A DNA stretch of 64,000 nucleotides, from positions 1,696,001 through 1,760,000 of the forward strand of contig OZ253449.1 of the NCBI GenBank assembly GCA_965261345.1, written 5' to 3'. Positions 36,644 to 46,846 of the stretch are shown here, in pieces (within the stretch, counting starts at the first letter, position 1; the number at the start of each line of letters is the position of its first letter). Origin of the DNA: Chloroflexota bacterium. GTDB lineage: Bacteria > Chloroflexota > UBA11872 > VXNJ01. The translations under genes and the position numbers were made by a program. Below the pieces are notes generated by a model. That model did not search any database. It worked only from the letters and a program-made list of their open reading frames with translations, and was not told the DNA's origin.

Positions 36644-39283
36644 TTGACCTATCCGGCCGATGCGGTGCGCGGGCTGTTTCTCGATTTTTTCAGCGAGCGC
36701 GATCACCTGGTCCTACCCAGCTCGTCGCTGGTGCCGACCGGTGATTCGAGCGTGCTCTTCACCTCGGCCGGAATGCAGCAATTTAAGCGCTATTACTCGG
36801 GTGCGGCGGTCCCGCCGCGACGACGACTTGCAACTTCACAGAAGTGCTTTCGGACCTCGGATATCGAATCGGTCGGCGATGCATCGCATCTGACCTTTTT
36901 TGAAATGCTGGGCAACTTTGCATTCGGTGATTACTTCAAACGCGAGTCGATCCTGTGGGCCTACCAGTTGCTAACCGAGAGGGTGGGGCTGGACCCGGAG
37001 CGGATCTGGATCACCTGTTTTGGCGGCGAGGGCAACCTGCCGCGTGACCTTGAGTCCTATCGGATCTGGCGCGATGAGATCGGGATCCCGGAGGAGCGGA
37101 TCGAATTTCATGGCCGCTCCGAAAATTTCTGGGGCCCCACCGGCGACAGCGGCCCCTGCGGCCCCGATACCGAGATTCACTACCGTCTGCGCCCTCCCCC
37201 GGACGGCCTGGCCGAAACCGGCACCACCACCACCGCCGGTGACCGATTCATCGAGCTTTGGAACCTGGTTTTTAATCAATTCGAGCAGGACGCCGAAGGC
37301 CGCCTGCACGATCTGCCAAGCCACGGCGTCGACACCGGTGCCGGTTTCGAGCGTTGGGTCGTGCTCATGCAGGACAAGCGCTCGGTCTACGAGACCGACC
37401 TCTATTTAGACATCGTCAGGGAAGCGACTGCGGTGCTGCGGCCCGACCGGAAAAATCATGACCACGTTCGGGCGCTCCGCACGGTTGCCGAACATGCTCG
37501 GGCGCTAACTTTTTTGATCGCCGACGGTGTGCTTCCCTCCAACGACGGACGCGGCTTCGTGCTTCGCCGATTGCTGCGACGCGCGGTTGGAGCCGCCCGG
37601 GGCATTGGCGCCAGCGAGCCGCTGATGGCCGGGGTGTGCCTGGCCGCGATCGAAACCATGCAGGGGGTCTATCCCGAGGTTGGCGAGCGCTCCGAGCAGA
37701 TTCTGGCAGTGGTGGCCGATGAGGAAGACCGTTTCGCAGCAACCCTGCGGGGGGCGATCGGCTATCTTGATCGGCGGGTAGTCGGTCAAACCAAATCCGG
37801 GCGAATCAACGGTAGTCTGGCGTTTTGGCTCCACGACACGCTGGGTCTGACCATCGAGAACCTAAAGTCCGCCGCCGCCGCCCGAGACCTGACCGTCGAT
37901 GAGGCGGGATTTGAAAAGGCCCTGGCCGAGCGGCAGCAGCGGTCGCGGGAGAGTGCGCGATCGGGCCTGCAGCTGCCGGGCGGATTGCCGTCAAGTCGTT
38001 TTTCGGGTTATCAATCCCTGATTGCCGAGCAGTCTCGGATCGAGGCAATATTTGTCGAGGGCAAGCCGGTCGACGATATCCGGGCGCCGCGCGAGGGCCT
38101 GCTGGTGCTCTCGGCGACCCCCTTCTATGCCGAGGCCGGCGGGCAGGTCGGCGACACCGGCGAAATATTTGACGGATTCGCCCGGGCCGAGGTCGGTGAC
38201 ACGCAGAAAAACCCGGAAGGGACGATTTTCCACAGGGCGGCAATGACCGGTGGCGGCTTTGCGGTGGGCCAATCGGTATCCGCCCGGGTCAATGGCGATC
38301 GGCGCCTTGCGATTTGCCGCAACCATACCGCCACCCATCTGCTCCATTTAGCCCTGCGTCAGGTGCTGGGCGAGCACGCCCGCCAGGCCGGGTCGCTGGT
38401 GGCCGAAGACCATTTGCGATTCGATTTCAAATTCGATGCGGCATTGAGCCCGGACCAACTGAGCACGGTCGAACAGCTGGTCAACGAAGCGGCGCTGGCC
38501 GGTCTGCCGGTTAAGACTCAAATCACCGAGGTCCAGGCGGCGGTCGCCCAGGGGGCCATGGCCCTGTTCGGCGAAACGTACGGTGAAGCGGTGCGGATGG
38601 TCCAGATCGGCCGCGATTCGCTGGAGCTGTGCGGTGGCACCCATCTTGCCAATACCGCCAATCTGGGGCTCTTGCATGTGACCGGGCAGGCTAATGTGGG
38701 CTCGGGATTGCGCCGCATCGAGGCGGTTACCGGCCGGGCTGCGGCCGCACAGCTGCGTCTTGCCAGCGACCGGTTGATGGCGATCGCCAGGCAATTGGAT
38801 GCAAATCCGACCGATCTGCCCGACGCTGCCCGGCGATTGCTTAACGAGCGCACCGAGCTGACTCGGCAGAACCTGCGCTTACGTGAGCTGCGGGCGGCAA
38901 ATATTGCTGAGGCGCTGTTGGCCAGCAAGCCGGAAATGATTGGCTCAACCAGGGTATTGGGCGGCAACGTCGAAACCGATGAACTCACCTCGCTAGCTGA
39001 AATCTCCAGCGCCCTCAAGTCGCGGATGGGCCGCGATTGCGCATTCCTGGTAACCGGGCTCAACGATGGAAGCGCGCAGGTCTTGGCGGCCGCCTCCAGC
39101 GGTGCCGTCAGCGCCGGGGCCGACGCCTCCGCGGCGATCCGTGCAGCAGCGCGGCAACTGGGCGGCGGCGGCGGCGGCAATCGCAGCCAGGCGCGCGGCG
39201 GCGGGCCCAAGCCGGAGGGTACCGCGGCGGCCCTGGTGGCCGGCCTGCAAGTCCTGCGAGAGCAATTGCAGCGATCCGGCTGA
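36644..39283 (+). CDS. alaS: Alanyl-tRNA synthetase
   Basis: FTSAGMQQFK, TFFEMLGNF, ELWNLVF, editing NHTATHLLH/ELCGGTH and Gly-rich DHHA1 end. Confidence 0.98.
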   Translation: MTYPADAVRGLFLDFFSERDHLVLPSSSLVPTGDSSVLFTSAGMQQFKRYYSGAAVPPRRRLATSQKCFRTSDIESVGDASHLTFFEMLGNFAFGDYFKRESILWAYQLLTERVGLDPERIWITCFGGEGNLPRDLESYRIWRDEIGIPEERIEFHGRSENFWGPTGDSGPCGPDTEIHYRLRPPPDGLAETGTTTTAGDRFIELWNLVFNQFEQDAEGRLHDLPSHGVDTGAGFERWVVLMQDKRSVYETDLYLDIVREATAVLRPDRKNHDHVRALRTVAEHARALTFLIADGVLPSNDGRGFVLRRLLRRAVGAARGIGASEPLMAGVCLAAIETMQGVYPEVGERSEQILAVVADEEDRFAATLRGAIGYLDRRVVGQTKSGRINGSLAFWLHDTLGLTIENLKSAAAARDLTVDEAGFEKALAERQQRSRESARSGLQLPGGLPSSRFSGYQSLIAEQSRIEAIFVEGKPVDDIRAPREGLLVLSATPFYAEAGGQVGDTGEIFDGFARAEVGDTQKNPEGTIFHRAAMTGGGFAVGQSVSARVNGDRRLAICRNHTATHLLHLALRQVLGEHARQAGSLVAEDHLRFDFKFDAALSPDQLSTVEQLVNEAALAGLPVKTQITEVQAAVAQGAMALFGETYGEAVRMVQIGRDSLELCGGTHLANTANLGLLHVTGQANVGSGLRRIEAVTGRAAAAQLRLASDRLMAIARQLDANPTDLPDAARRLLNERTELTRQNLRLRELRAANIAEALLASKPEMIGSTRVLGGNVETDELTSLAEISSALKSRMGRDCAFLVTGLNDGSAQVLAAASSGAVSAGADASAAIRAAARQLGGGGGGNRSQARGGGPKPEGTAAALVAGLQVLREQLQRSG

Positions 39284-39294
39284 GCGGTCAGCCA

Positions 39295-40980
39295 ATGACC
39301 CCTAAATCGCAGCCCGATCGAACCTTGCCCCGGGTCCGGTTGGAGATCGCTCCCGATTTGGAAATTGAGGCCGCGCTAGCCAAGATTCGATCCAGTCCGG
39401 GGCCGCATACGCTGGTGATCGGTTCGTGGGGATCGGCCCTGGCCCGACCAGTCGAATTGAAACGCCTGGCGGTGTTGGCGGTCCGCCTGCAACTTGACAT
39501 TGAGATCGAATCGCCTGACCGTCAGGTGATTGAATTGGCCGGGCGAGAGGGGTTCGCCGCCCGCCTAAATACCCCGCCGGGCTTTGCCGCCCTGGGGCCT
39601 TTGTGGCGAACATATGCACTCCTGACGAATCAAGCCGGGCGCTGGGGGCAGTCGCGCTTGACCCTATGGATCGGAGGTCCGATCGCGCTGTTGGCGGTTA
39701 TATCGGCTGGTGTGGCAATGTTTTGGCTGGCGCTTTACCCCAGCGCCCGGGTCGAGCTGGAACTTGAGCAATTCACGCCGGAACTGGAGTTGGTAGCCTA
39801 CGCCAATCCGAGCTTTAGCGCCATCAACCCGCGCCAGAATCTGGTGCCCGGCAGGATCATCTCCAGCGCGGTTAGCGGCTCGATCCCAGTCGTCGGGCGA
39901 GGCGCCCGTGAAGTTGCCAGCAGCCGCGCCGCCGGAGCGGTCCTGGTGGTCAATTTGACCGAGCAGGTCCTGGAGATCCCGCGCGGCACGGTCGTTACCG
40001 GACCGGCTGACCAACGCTTCGTGTTCGACACCTCGTTGGCCCTACCCTCGCAGGCCGACCTGGGGGCACTGCTTGACCCGGCCGACCCGCCAGAGCAGCC
40101 TGTCGAAGACGCGACTCCCACCCCGGTACCCGAGCTGACCCCGGTCCCGAGCTCGCTTGAACTGGCCCTGTTAGGGGTTGAAATATTGCCGGAATATCCA
40201 TTTGGTCGCGCCGTTTCGGAAACGCCGCAGGTGGTCGTTGACCAAGCTGGTATGCGGGTGGGAATCAGGGCCGAAACCGGCGGGCCGGAGGGAAATCTCC
40301 CGGCCGGGTCCGAATTGCGGGCGATCGGCCCCTTCGGCGGACTCGTCCGGATCGCGCAACTGGAGGATTTTGCCGGCGGCAGTCGCGAGGATGAGCGTTT
40401 TGTGACCGATGCCGATCGCCAGGCTGCGCTTGGCGAACTTGTTGCGCGATTGCGGGAAATGGCCCAAGGCAATCTGCTCGAGCAAATCCGCCCCGGCCAA
40501 TATGGCCAGGTTCTGCCCGATTCGCAGCTACGGCCCGAGTTCAACTCAACCTACCTTGCGACCGTTGGCGCAAACGGTGAGACCGAGAGCTCATACCAGG
40601 TCGACCTAACCCTGCAAGCTACGGTTTTTGAACGCGCCGACCTTGAGCAGCTTGCCTTCCTATTGCTGACCGGGGCCGAGACCGGGCGGCCGGTCTATCG
40701 CCTGCTGCCCGGCAGCCTGCGGGTGGGCGAACCGATACTCTCGGCCACTCTGGGCAACACCGTTACCATGCATTTCTCGGCCGGAGCGGGCCTGGAACGG
40801 CAGGTCGACCCAGACGAGGTCCGCGACAATATCGCCGGCAAGGAATATGGCGCGGCCAAATCCTACCTAGACCGGATCGAGGGGGTGTCGGCCTCAGACC
40901 TGCATATCTTCTCGCCGTTGGGGTCGGTCGTAACCTTTCTTACCCCCCGCATCAGCGTTGAAATCCGGCGTGGCCAGTGA
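39295..40980 (+). CDS. Membrane-anchored baseplate J/gp47-like protein
   Basis: Cytoplasmic N-domain, single TM, then AAGAVLVVN..IPRGT, IRAETGGPEGNL and FAGG segments resembling baseplate J. Confidence 0.65.
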   Translation: MTPKSQPDRTLPRVRLEIAPDLEIEAALAKIRSSPGPHTLVIGSWGSALARPVELKRLAVLAVRLQLDIEIESPDRQVIELAGREGFAARLNTPPGFAALGPLWRTYALLTNQAGRWGQSRLTLWIGGPIALLAVISAGVAMFWLALYPSARVELELEQFTPELELVAYANPSFSAINPRQNLVPGRIISSAVSGSIPVVGRGAREVASSRAAGAVLVVNLTEQVLEIPRGTVVTGPADQRFVFDTSLALPSQADLGALLDPADPPEQPVEDATPTPVPELTPVPSSLELALLGVEILPEYPFGRAVSETPQVVVDQAGMRVGIRAETGGPEGNLPAGSELRAIGPFGGLVRIAQLEDFAGGSREDERFVTDADRQAALGELVARLREMAQGNLLEQIRPGQYGQVLPDSQLRPEFNSTYLATVGANGETESSYQVDLTLQATVFERADLEQLAFLLLTGAETGRPVYRLLPGSLRVGEPILSATLGNTVTMHFSAGAGLERQVDPDEVRDNIAGKEYGAAKSYLDRIEGVSASDLHIFSPLGSVVTFLTPRISVEIRRGQ

Positions 40981-41387
40981 ACAGGCAGGGAATGGGACCG
41001 ATCGTGGCCCTCGATATCTCGGGCAACCGGATTGGAATCGCCCGCTGTGATCCTACCGGCACCCTGGTCTCCCCCCAGGGCGTGATCGATCGCCGCACCG
41101 GGAGTGGTGGGCGCTGGGAGCTGGCCAAGGCTCTGGACGAACAGCGGGCTGGGCTACTGCTGATAGGACTGCCGCTGGGGCGGGATGGCGCGACCACCGT
41201 CCAATCCGATCGAATCAGGGCGATGGCCGCCGATCTGTTGGCCGGCCGATCCGAACCGATCGAGTATTTCGATGAGAGCTTTACGACGGCCGAGAGCATT
41301 CATCGATACGGCCGGAATGCTTCCGACGCGCACGCCGCGGTCGTAATGTTGGAACACTTCCTGCTGCGTCGCCGGGATCGCCGGTGA
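40977..41387 (+). CDS. ruvX: YqgF/RuvX RNase H-fold nuclease (pre-16S rRNA processing)
   Basis: ALDISGNRIGIA, IGLP, FDESFTT and DAHAA motifs; alaS-yqgF-mltG context. Confidence 0.88.
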   Translation: MNRQGMGPIVALDISGNRIGIARCDPTGTLVSPQGVIDRRTGSGGRWELAKALDEQRAGLLLIGLPLGRDGATTVQSDRIRAMAADLLAGRSEPIEYFDESFTTAESIHRYGRNASDAHAAVVMLEHFLLRRRDRR

Positions 41388-42424
41388 ATTGGCTGCGTCC
41401 CCTGCAGATCGCCCTGCTTGGCATCATCGCGCTGGTGTTGGCGGTCTACCTGGCCTATTCGGCCGCCAGTCTGCTGGCCCGACCGCCGGCCGCCAGCGCT
41501 GACTATTCCGTACTTTTTACGGTCGAACCGGGAGCATCGGTGGCCGAGATTGGCGGCGAGCTGCGGGAGGAAAGGCTAATCCTCTCCGACCTGGTTTTTC
41601 GTCTGGCGCTGGAGCGGCGCGGTTCGGGAAACAGCCTTCAACCTGGCCAGTACCTTTTAAGGTCGAGCATGTCGATGGATCAGATCATCGATGAACTCCA
41701 GCGCGGCCAGGTGTCCGACCGGGTGGTCCGGGTCATCGAGGGATGGCGGTCGGAACAGATCGCCGACTATCTGGAAGCCGGAGCGGTATTTGAGCGTGAC
41801 GAATTTCTGGACCTCGTTAACTCGGGATCAGCCCAGTTCCAGCATGACTTCCTGCCCGATCCGGGCAGCGGCGCCAGCTTGGAAGGCTACCTGTTTCCCG
41901 ATACCTATTTCGTTGGCGCCCAGACCACCGCGCGCGAGTTCATTGACGGGATGCTAGACCGTTTTGGCCAGATCTACGGACCGCAGGAACGTCAAGGCGC
42001 CGTCGTCCTGGGCCTTAGCGACCACCAGGTGATAACCCTGGCCTCGATAGTGGAGCGCGAAGCCCAGCTCGACGAGGAACGCCCGCTCATTGCCAGCGTT
42101 TATCTGAACCGATTGGCCCAGGGCTGGCCACTGCAGGCAGATCCGACCGTCCAGTACGCGCTCGGCCAGATTGGAGACGGATCCTGGTGGAAAGGCGGCC
42201 TGACGATCTCGGATCTGGGCTTCCGCTCCCCCTACAACTCCTACGTGAATCTGGGCCTGCCGCCGGGACCGATCGCCAACCCTGGGGCGGCCTCGATCCG
42301 CGCGGTGCTGGAACCGGCCCAAACCGAGTTCATGTTTTTTGTCGCCCGTGGTGACGGATCGCACGCCTTTGCCGTAACGGCCGAGGAACATCAGCAAAAT
42401 GTAAACAGGTTTCAGTCAGGCTAA
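41384..42424 (+). CDS. mltG: Endolytic transglycosylase MltG
   Basis: N-terminal TM, LEGYLFPDTY, ASIVEREA, LQADPT and GLPPGPIANPG motifs. Confidence 0.95.
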   Translation: MNWLRPLQIALLGIIALVLAVYLAYSAASLLARPPAASADYSVLFTVEPGASVAEIGGELREERLILSDLVFRLALERRGSGNSLQPGQYLLRSSMSMDQIIDELQRGQVSDRVVRVIEGWRSEQIADYLEAGAVFERDEFLDLVNSGSAQFQHDFLPDPGSGASLEGYLFPDTYFVGAQTTAREFIDGMLDRFGQIYGPQERQGAVVLGLSDHQVITLASIVEREAQLDEERPLIASVYLNRLAQGWPLQADPTVQYALGQIGDGSWWKGGLTISDLGFRSPYNSYVNLGLPPGPIANPGAASIRAVLEPAQTEFMFFVARGDGSHAFAVTAEEHQQNVNRFQSG

Positions 42425-42430
42425 CCCTTA

Positions 42431-43489
42431 ATGCGTACCACCCTCGCGCGCTGCCTCCGGCTCGATGCCGCCCTATCGGGCCGCGGCCTGGATGGCCTGC
42501 TGGTCAGCGCCGCCCCCAACCGTCGTTATCTTTCAGGTTTCACCGGATCGGCCGGTGCCCTGCTTCTCGGCAGTGGCCGGCGCGAACTTTTCACCGACGG
42601 TCGCTACCAGGTTCAATCCCGGCTGGAAGCCGAAGGGTTTCAAGTTCGGATTGGATCCGGCGACCCGGCCCTGGCGGCGGTCGAATACGCCGCCGCCGCC
42701 GGAATGGCGAGGGTGGGTTTTGACGATCTTGAAGTCCCGGTGCGCCGATACCACCGGATGCGGCAAACCAAAGGAATCGAGCTTGAAACCGCCGGTGGGT
42801 TGGTGGAGGAATTGCGGCTGGTAAAGGACGACACGGAAATGGTGGCGCTGCGCCGGGCAATCGCCATAGCCGATGACGTTATGGCCATTGCCGCCGAGAG
42901 CATCCAACCCGGGGTGAGCGAACGCGCGGTCGCGGCGCGGCTTGAAGCCGGATTCCTGGCCGCCGGGGCCGACAAGGTCGGGTTCGATTTAATCGTGGCG
43001 GCCGGGCCGAATTCGGCAAAACCGCACCATTTCCCGTCGGTCTACGAAATTTCTGCCGGTGACGCGGTCGTGGTCGACATGGGCGCGCTCGTTAACGGAT
43101 ACCATTCCGACATTACCCGGACGTTTTGCGCTGGCGAACCCAGCGCCCGCTTCAATGAAATCTACGCTACTGTGCTAGCCGCCAATCGCGCTGGGATCGA
43201 TGCCGCCCGCCCCGGCGCCAGCGGCAAACAGGTCGATGCCGCCGCCCGCGCGGTGATTGCGGCGGCCGGATTTGGCGAGAACTTCGGGCACGGCTTGGGT
43301 CATGGGGTGGGACTTGAAATCCACGAGGCCCCGCGCCTGGCGATGACCTCTGACCATCTCCTGCAAGCGGGCATGGTGCACTCGATCGAACCGGGAATAT
43401 ACTTGCCCGGTTGGGGCGGGATCCGCATCGAGGACCTGATTTTGGTACGGTCCGGCGAACCCGAAATTCTCTCTTCCTATCCCCGCTAA
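42431..43489 (+). CDS. Xaa-Pro aminopeptidase (M24B)
   Basis: YLSGFTGS, YHSDITRT, HGLGHGVGLEIHE, EPGIY and GIRIED motifs. Confidence 0.93.
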   Translation: MRTTLARCLRLDAALSGRGLDGLLVSAAPNRRYLSGFTGSAGALLLGSGRRELFTDGRYQVQSRLEAEGFQVRIGSGDPALAAVEYAAAAGMARVGFDDLEVPVRRYHRMRQTKGIELETAGGLVEELRLVKDDTEMVALRRAIAIADDVMAIAAESIQPGVSERAVAARLEAGFLAAGADKVGFDLIVAAGPNSAKPHHFPSVYEISAGDAVVVDMGALVNGYHSDITRTFCAGEPSARFNEIYATVLAANRAGIDAARPGASGKQVDAAARAVIAAAGFGENFGHGLGHGVGLEIHEAPRLAMTSDHLLQAGMVHSIEPGIYLPGWGGIRIEDLILVRSGEPEILSSYPR

Positions 43490-43510
43490 ATACTCTTTGG
43501 AGCGCTAAGC

Positions 43511-44074
43511 ATGCTATCGGCCAACGAAGTGCGGAACGGCATGATCTTGGACATGGACGGGGACCGAATGCAGGTTATTGAAGCCCGCCACCAGAAGATC
43601 GGCCGCGGCGGGGCCAAGCTGAACGTGCGCCTGCGCAACCTGGCCACCGGATCGACGACCGACCGCTCGTTTCCGGCCACCCGGCGCTTTGCCCGCATCC
43701 GCACCGCGACCCGACCGGTCCAATACTTGTATTCGGATGGGATGGGCTACCACTTCATGGACATGGAGAGCTATGACGAGGTTGTCTTGAGCAAAGAGAT
43801 GCTGGGTCCGAACGTCAACTACCTGGTGCCCGAGCTGATGATCGATCTGACCACCGATGGCGACGCGGTGCTCTCCTTTCAGCTACCGTCCACGGTTCAG
43901 CTCAAAATCGTGGCCTCCGACCCCGGTCACCGCGGCGATACCGCGACCGGGTCGACCAAGCCGGCCCAACTGGAAACCGGCTTGACCGTCCAGGTCCCGC
44001 TATTTATCAGCTCCGGTGAGGTGGTTGTCATATCCACGTCCAGCGGCCAATATGTTGAGCGGGCCCGCAAATGA
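43511..44074 (+). CDS. efp: Elongation factor P
   Basis: HQKIGRGGA tip loop, QYLY, PGHRGDT, KPAQLETG and VPLFI motifs. Confidence 0.95.
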   Translation: MLSANEVRNGMILDMDGDRMQVIEARHQKIGRGGAKLNVRLRNLATGSTTDRSFPATRRFARIRTATRPVQYLYSDGMGYHFMDMESYDEVVLSKEMLGPNVNYLVPELMIDLTTDGDAVLSFQLPSTVQLKIVASDPGHRGDTATGSTKPAQLETGLTVQVPLFISSGEVVVISTSSGQYVERARK

Positions 44075-44511
44075 ACACCCGAGTCCGCCGAGCCGACTGG
44101 AATCGATTGCTCGATGAAGCCCTCCCGGCAATTCTCGAATCAGTCGCCGGAACCGATGTCGAAGAGGTCACGGTCAACTCGTCGCGGGCCTCGATTCGAG
44201 TGCGCCTGCAACCGGAACCGGCAATATCGGTCAACGGCCAGCCGGATCCGCAATCTGAAGATCAACCGGCCTTTACCGCAATCACCGCGCGCAATGTCGG
44301 GGTGTTTCGCCGGGCTGAATCCGGCGACGACGAACCGGCCGCCCGGGTTGGCGAGCCGGTTGAGGCTGGCCAGGCAATCGGATTCGTCGATACGTTAAAT
44401 CATTACCATCCAGTGGAAGCGGCAAAGGCCGGCGAATTGATCGGTTTCTACGTCGAGGATGGCGCCCTGGTCGAATACGGCCAGCAGCTGGCCCGCATCG
44501 ACTCGAGTTAA
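44071..44511 (+). CDS. AccB-like biotin/lipoyl-fold protein lacking the biotinylation lysine
   Basis: Standard efp-accB position; VGEPVEAGQAIGFV...VEDGALVEYGQQL fold, with DTLN in place of EAMK. Confidence 0.75.
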   Translation: MNTRVRRADWNRLLDEALPAILESVAGTDVEEVTVNSSRASIRVRLQPEPAISVNGQPDPQSEDQPAFTAITARNVGVFRRAESGDDEPAARVGEPVEAGQAIGFVDTLNHYHPVEAAKAGELIGFYVEDGALVEYGQQLARIDSS

Positions 44512-45446
44512 CCGCTGTTGGCCCTTCCCGCCCGGCGGAGGTTAATCAGCGCCCGCAGCCGGCCCGCCAATCGTTCGAAATGTTCCTCCCATACGACCAA
44601 GAGTTGGGCGGCGGTAAAGATCGACGAATATGTGCCCACCACGATCCCAATTAGCAGCGCCATTACGAATTCGGCGATCGTAGGCCCTCCCAGCAGCAGC
44701 AGCGCGACCAGTACGAACACCGCCGTAAGCGAGGTATTAAGCGAGCGGTCAAGCGATTGATTTAGCGAATAGTTAACGATTCGAGAGTATTGGGTCCCGC
44801 GATAGCGCGACTGGTTCTCGCGAATCCGATCAAATACCACGATCGTGTCGTGGACTGAAAAACCGGCAACCGTGAGGGCGGCGGTAACGAACATCGAATC
44901 GACCTGCACGCCAGCCGTCTGGCCCAGGATCGTGAAGGCCCCGAGCAGGATCAGGACGTCGTGGACCAGGGTTACGACCGCGACGAGCCCGTAGCGGAAC
45001 GAATTGGCGATGCTGCGAAAACTCCAGGTCAGGTAGAGCAAGATCGCCAGCGAGGCCCCGGCTACTGCCAGCACCGCGTTGCGGGTCAGCTCCTCGCCCA
45101 CCACCGGCCCGACGAAGTCGAATGAGATCAGGTCGAATTCCGGGTAGGCCTCCGCCAGGGTCGCCTCCAACCGGTCCTTCTGCTCCGGATCCAGCTCGGC
45201 GGTGCGGATCAGATAGGTCGAGCCATCCGAGGCCTGCACCTTAGCTCCCGGTATCCGGACCGCCTGCAGCCGCGCCTCGACCGCCGTACGTTGATCGTGG
45301 ACTCCGAGTTCGACCCGTGCCAGGCTGCCGGAGGTAAAGTCGATCCCCAGACTGATGCCGATTGTCAGCAGCAGCAGCAGTGCACCCGCCATCAGCAGGG
45401 CCGAGAAGCCCAGCAGGTACCGGCGCGGACCGATCAGTGGAAACAT
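44508..45446 (-). CDS. secF: Protein translocase subunit SecF
   Basis: LGIDFTSG, VGPVVGEEL, HDV, DTIVVFDRIREN and GTYSSIF motifs. Confidence 0.96.
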   Translation of the reverse strand: MFPLIGPRRYLLGFSALLMAGALLLLLTIGISLGIDFTSGSLARVELGVHDQRTAVEARLQAVRIPGAKVQASDGSTYLIRTAELDPEQKDRLEATLAEAYPEFDLISFDFVGPVVGEELTRNAVLAVAGASLAILLYLTWSFRSIANSFRYGLVAVVTLVHDVLILLGAFTILGQTAGVQVDSMFVTAALTVAGFSVHDTIVVFDRIRENQSRYRGTQYSRIVNYSLNQSLDRSLNTSLTAVFVLVALLLLGGPTIAEFVMALLIGIVVGTYSSIFTAAQLLVVWEEHFERLAGRLRALINLRRAGRANSG

Positions 45447-45450
45447 CTCC

Positions 45451-46767
45451 CTAGCCGCGCCGAATTGGTCGGGCCACTTTGACCCCGAATAGCCGGGCCG
45501 GATCCCAGGCGCGGGCCCGGACCAGCAGCAGCAGGATGGTGCGCGATACCGAAATTGCCGAAAACATCGAAATGAGGACCCCGATCCCCAGCGTGAGCGC
45601 GAAACCCTTCACCAGCCCGCTGCCAAAGTACCAGAGCACCGTGCAGGTAATTAGAGTGGCGATGTTGGAGTCGCGGATTGAGGACCAGGCCCGGCGGAAG
45701 CCGATGTGAATTGCGCGATTAAGCGAAACCCCGTTGCGCAGTTCCTCGCGGCTGCGCTCGAAGATGAGGATGTTGGCGTCAACGGCCATCCCGATCGAAA
45801 GGATAAAACCGGCAATTCCAGCCAGAGTCAGGGTGACCGGGATCAGCTTGAAAACTGCAAACACCAGCAGTGCGTAGATGACCAGCGCAAGCGTCGCAAC
45901 CACTCCGGGCAGGCGGTAATAGGCAACCATAAATACCGCCACCATGACGAACCCGATCAATCCGGCGCGGATGCTCTTTTCGAGCGATTCGGCTCCCAAG
46001 GTCGGCCCCACCGAAATGTTGCGAATCACCTTCAGCGGAACCGGCAGGGCGCCGTAGCGCAGCTGGATGACCACGTTGCGGGCTTCCTCGATGCTGTCGA
46101 ACCCCTCGATCGTGCCGCTGCCGTCAATGCGCCCGTTAATCACCGCCGAGTTGATTACCACGCCGTCGACCAGGATCGAGAGAAACTGCCCGATGTTGGC
46201 GCCGGTGTAGTCGGCAAATGACTCGGTGCCCGACGAATTTAGATCGAAGTTGACCAGCCCGTTTCCGATCTGATCGTAAGCCAGGTCGGCCCCGGCCAGA
46301 TCGGACCCGGTAATTACGACCTCGAACGGGCTTTCGGCCGGCTCGACCGTGGTTCCCAACTCCAGGAATTGTCCGCCGGTGCCGATGATATCCAGACGCC
46401 CGGTCTGCCGAAATAGGGCGATCGCCTCGTCGGGATCCTCGATCCCCGGCAGTTCCACGATCACCCGGTCGGATCCTTCGAGCTGGACCTGCGGCTCGGC
46501 CACTCCGAGGGCGTTGACCCGGTTCTCCAGAATCTGGCGGACCGCCTCCATCGCACCTTCGTCAACCGTCTGTCCATCGGCCGGGTCGGCCTGGAAGGCC
46601 ACGTGCAGTCCACCCTGTAAATCTAGGCCCTGGCGGAATTCAAGTCTGCCCAGATCCCGGCCGCCAATCTCGATGCCAAGACCCGGTGTGTCGGGCACGT
46701 CGATATAGATCGCGACCGCCACCAGCGCGAGGATGCTGGCCGCAAGTACTAATAGACGCCTGCGCAA
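45451..46767 (-). CDS. secD: Protein translocase subunit SecD
   Basis: GLDLQGG, RVNALGVAEP, GALP, IGMAVDANILIFER and KGFA motifs. Confidence 0.96.
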   Translation of the reverse strand: MRRRLLVLAASILALVAVAIYIDVPDTPGLGIEIGGRDLGRLEFRQGLDLQGGLHVAFQADPADGQTVDEGAMEAVRQILENRVNALGVAEPQVQLEGSDRVIVELPGIEDPDEAIALFRQTGRLDIIGTGGQFLELGTTVEPAESPFEVVITGSDLAGADLAYDQIGNGLVNFDLNSSGTESFADYTGANIGQFLSILVDGVVINSAVINGRIDGSGTIEGFDSIEEARNVVIQLRYGALPVPLKVIRNISVGPTLGAESLEKSIRAGLIGFVMVAVFMVAYYRLPGVVATLALVIYALLVFAVFKLIPVTLTLAGIAGFILSIGMAVDANILIFERSREELRNGVSLNRAIHIGFRRAWSSIRDSNIATLITCTVLWYFGSGLVKGFALTLGIGVLISMFSAISVSRTILLLLVRARAWDPARLFGVKVARPIRRG

Positions 46768-46846
46768 TAGGTTTCGCTAGCCGGTTTCCGGGGCCGAGAA
46801 GATTCTGGCCAAGCACAATTGGCCAATGGGCATTATCAGTTAGCGA

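Noticed and set aside
39160-39204. GGC tandem repeat
   Set aside because: It encodes the normal Gly-rich motif at the AlaRS C-terminus.
39295-40980. Prophage or contractile injection system
   Set aside because: No sheath, tube, capsid, terminase or integrase genes; the flanks are core genes.
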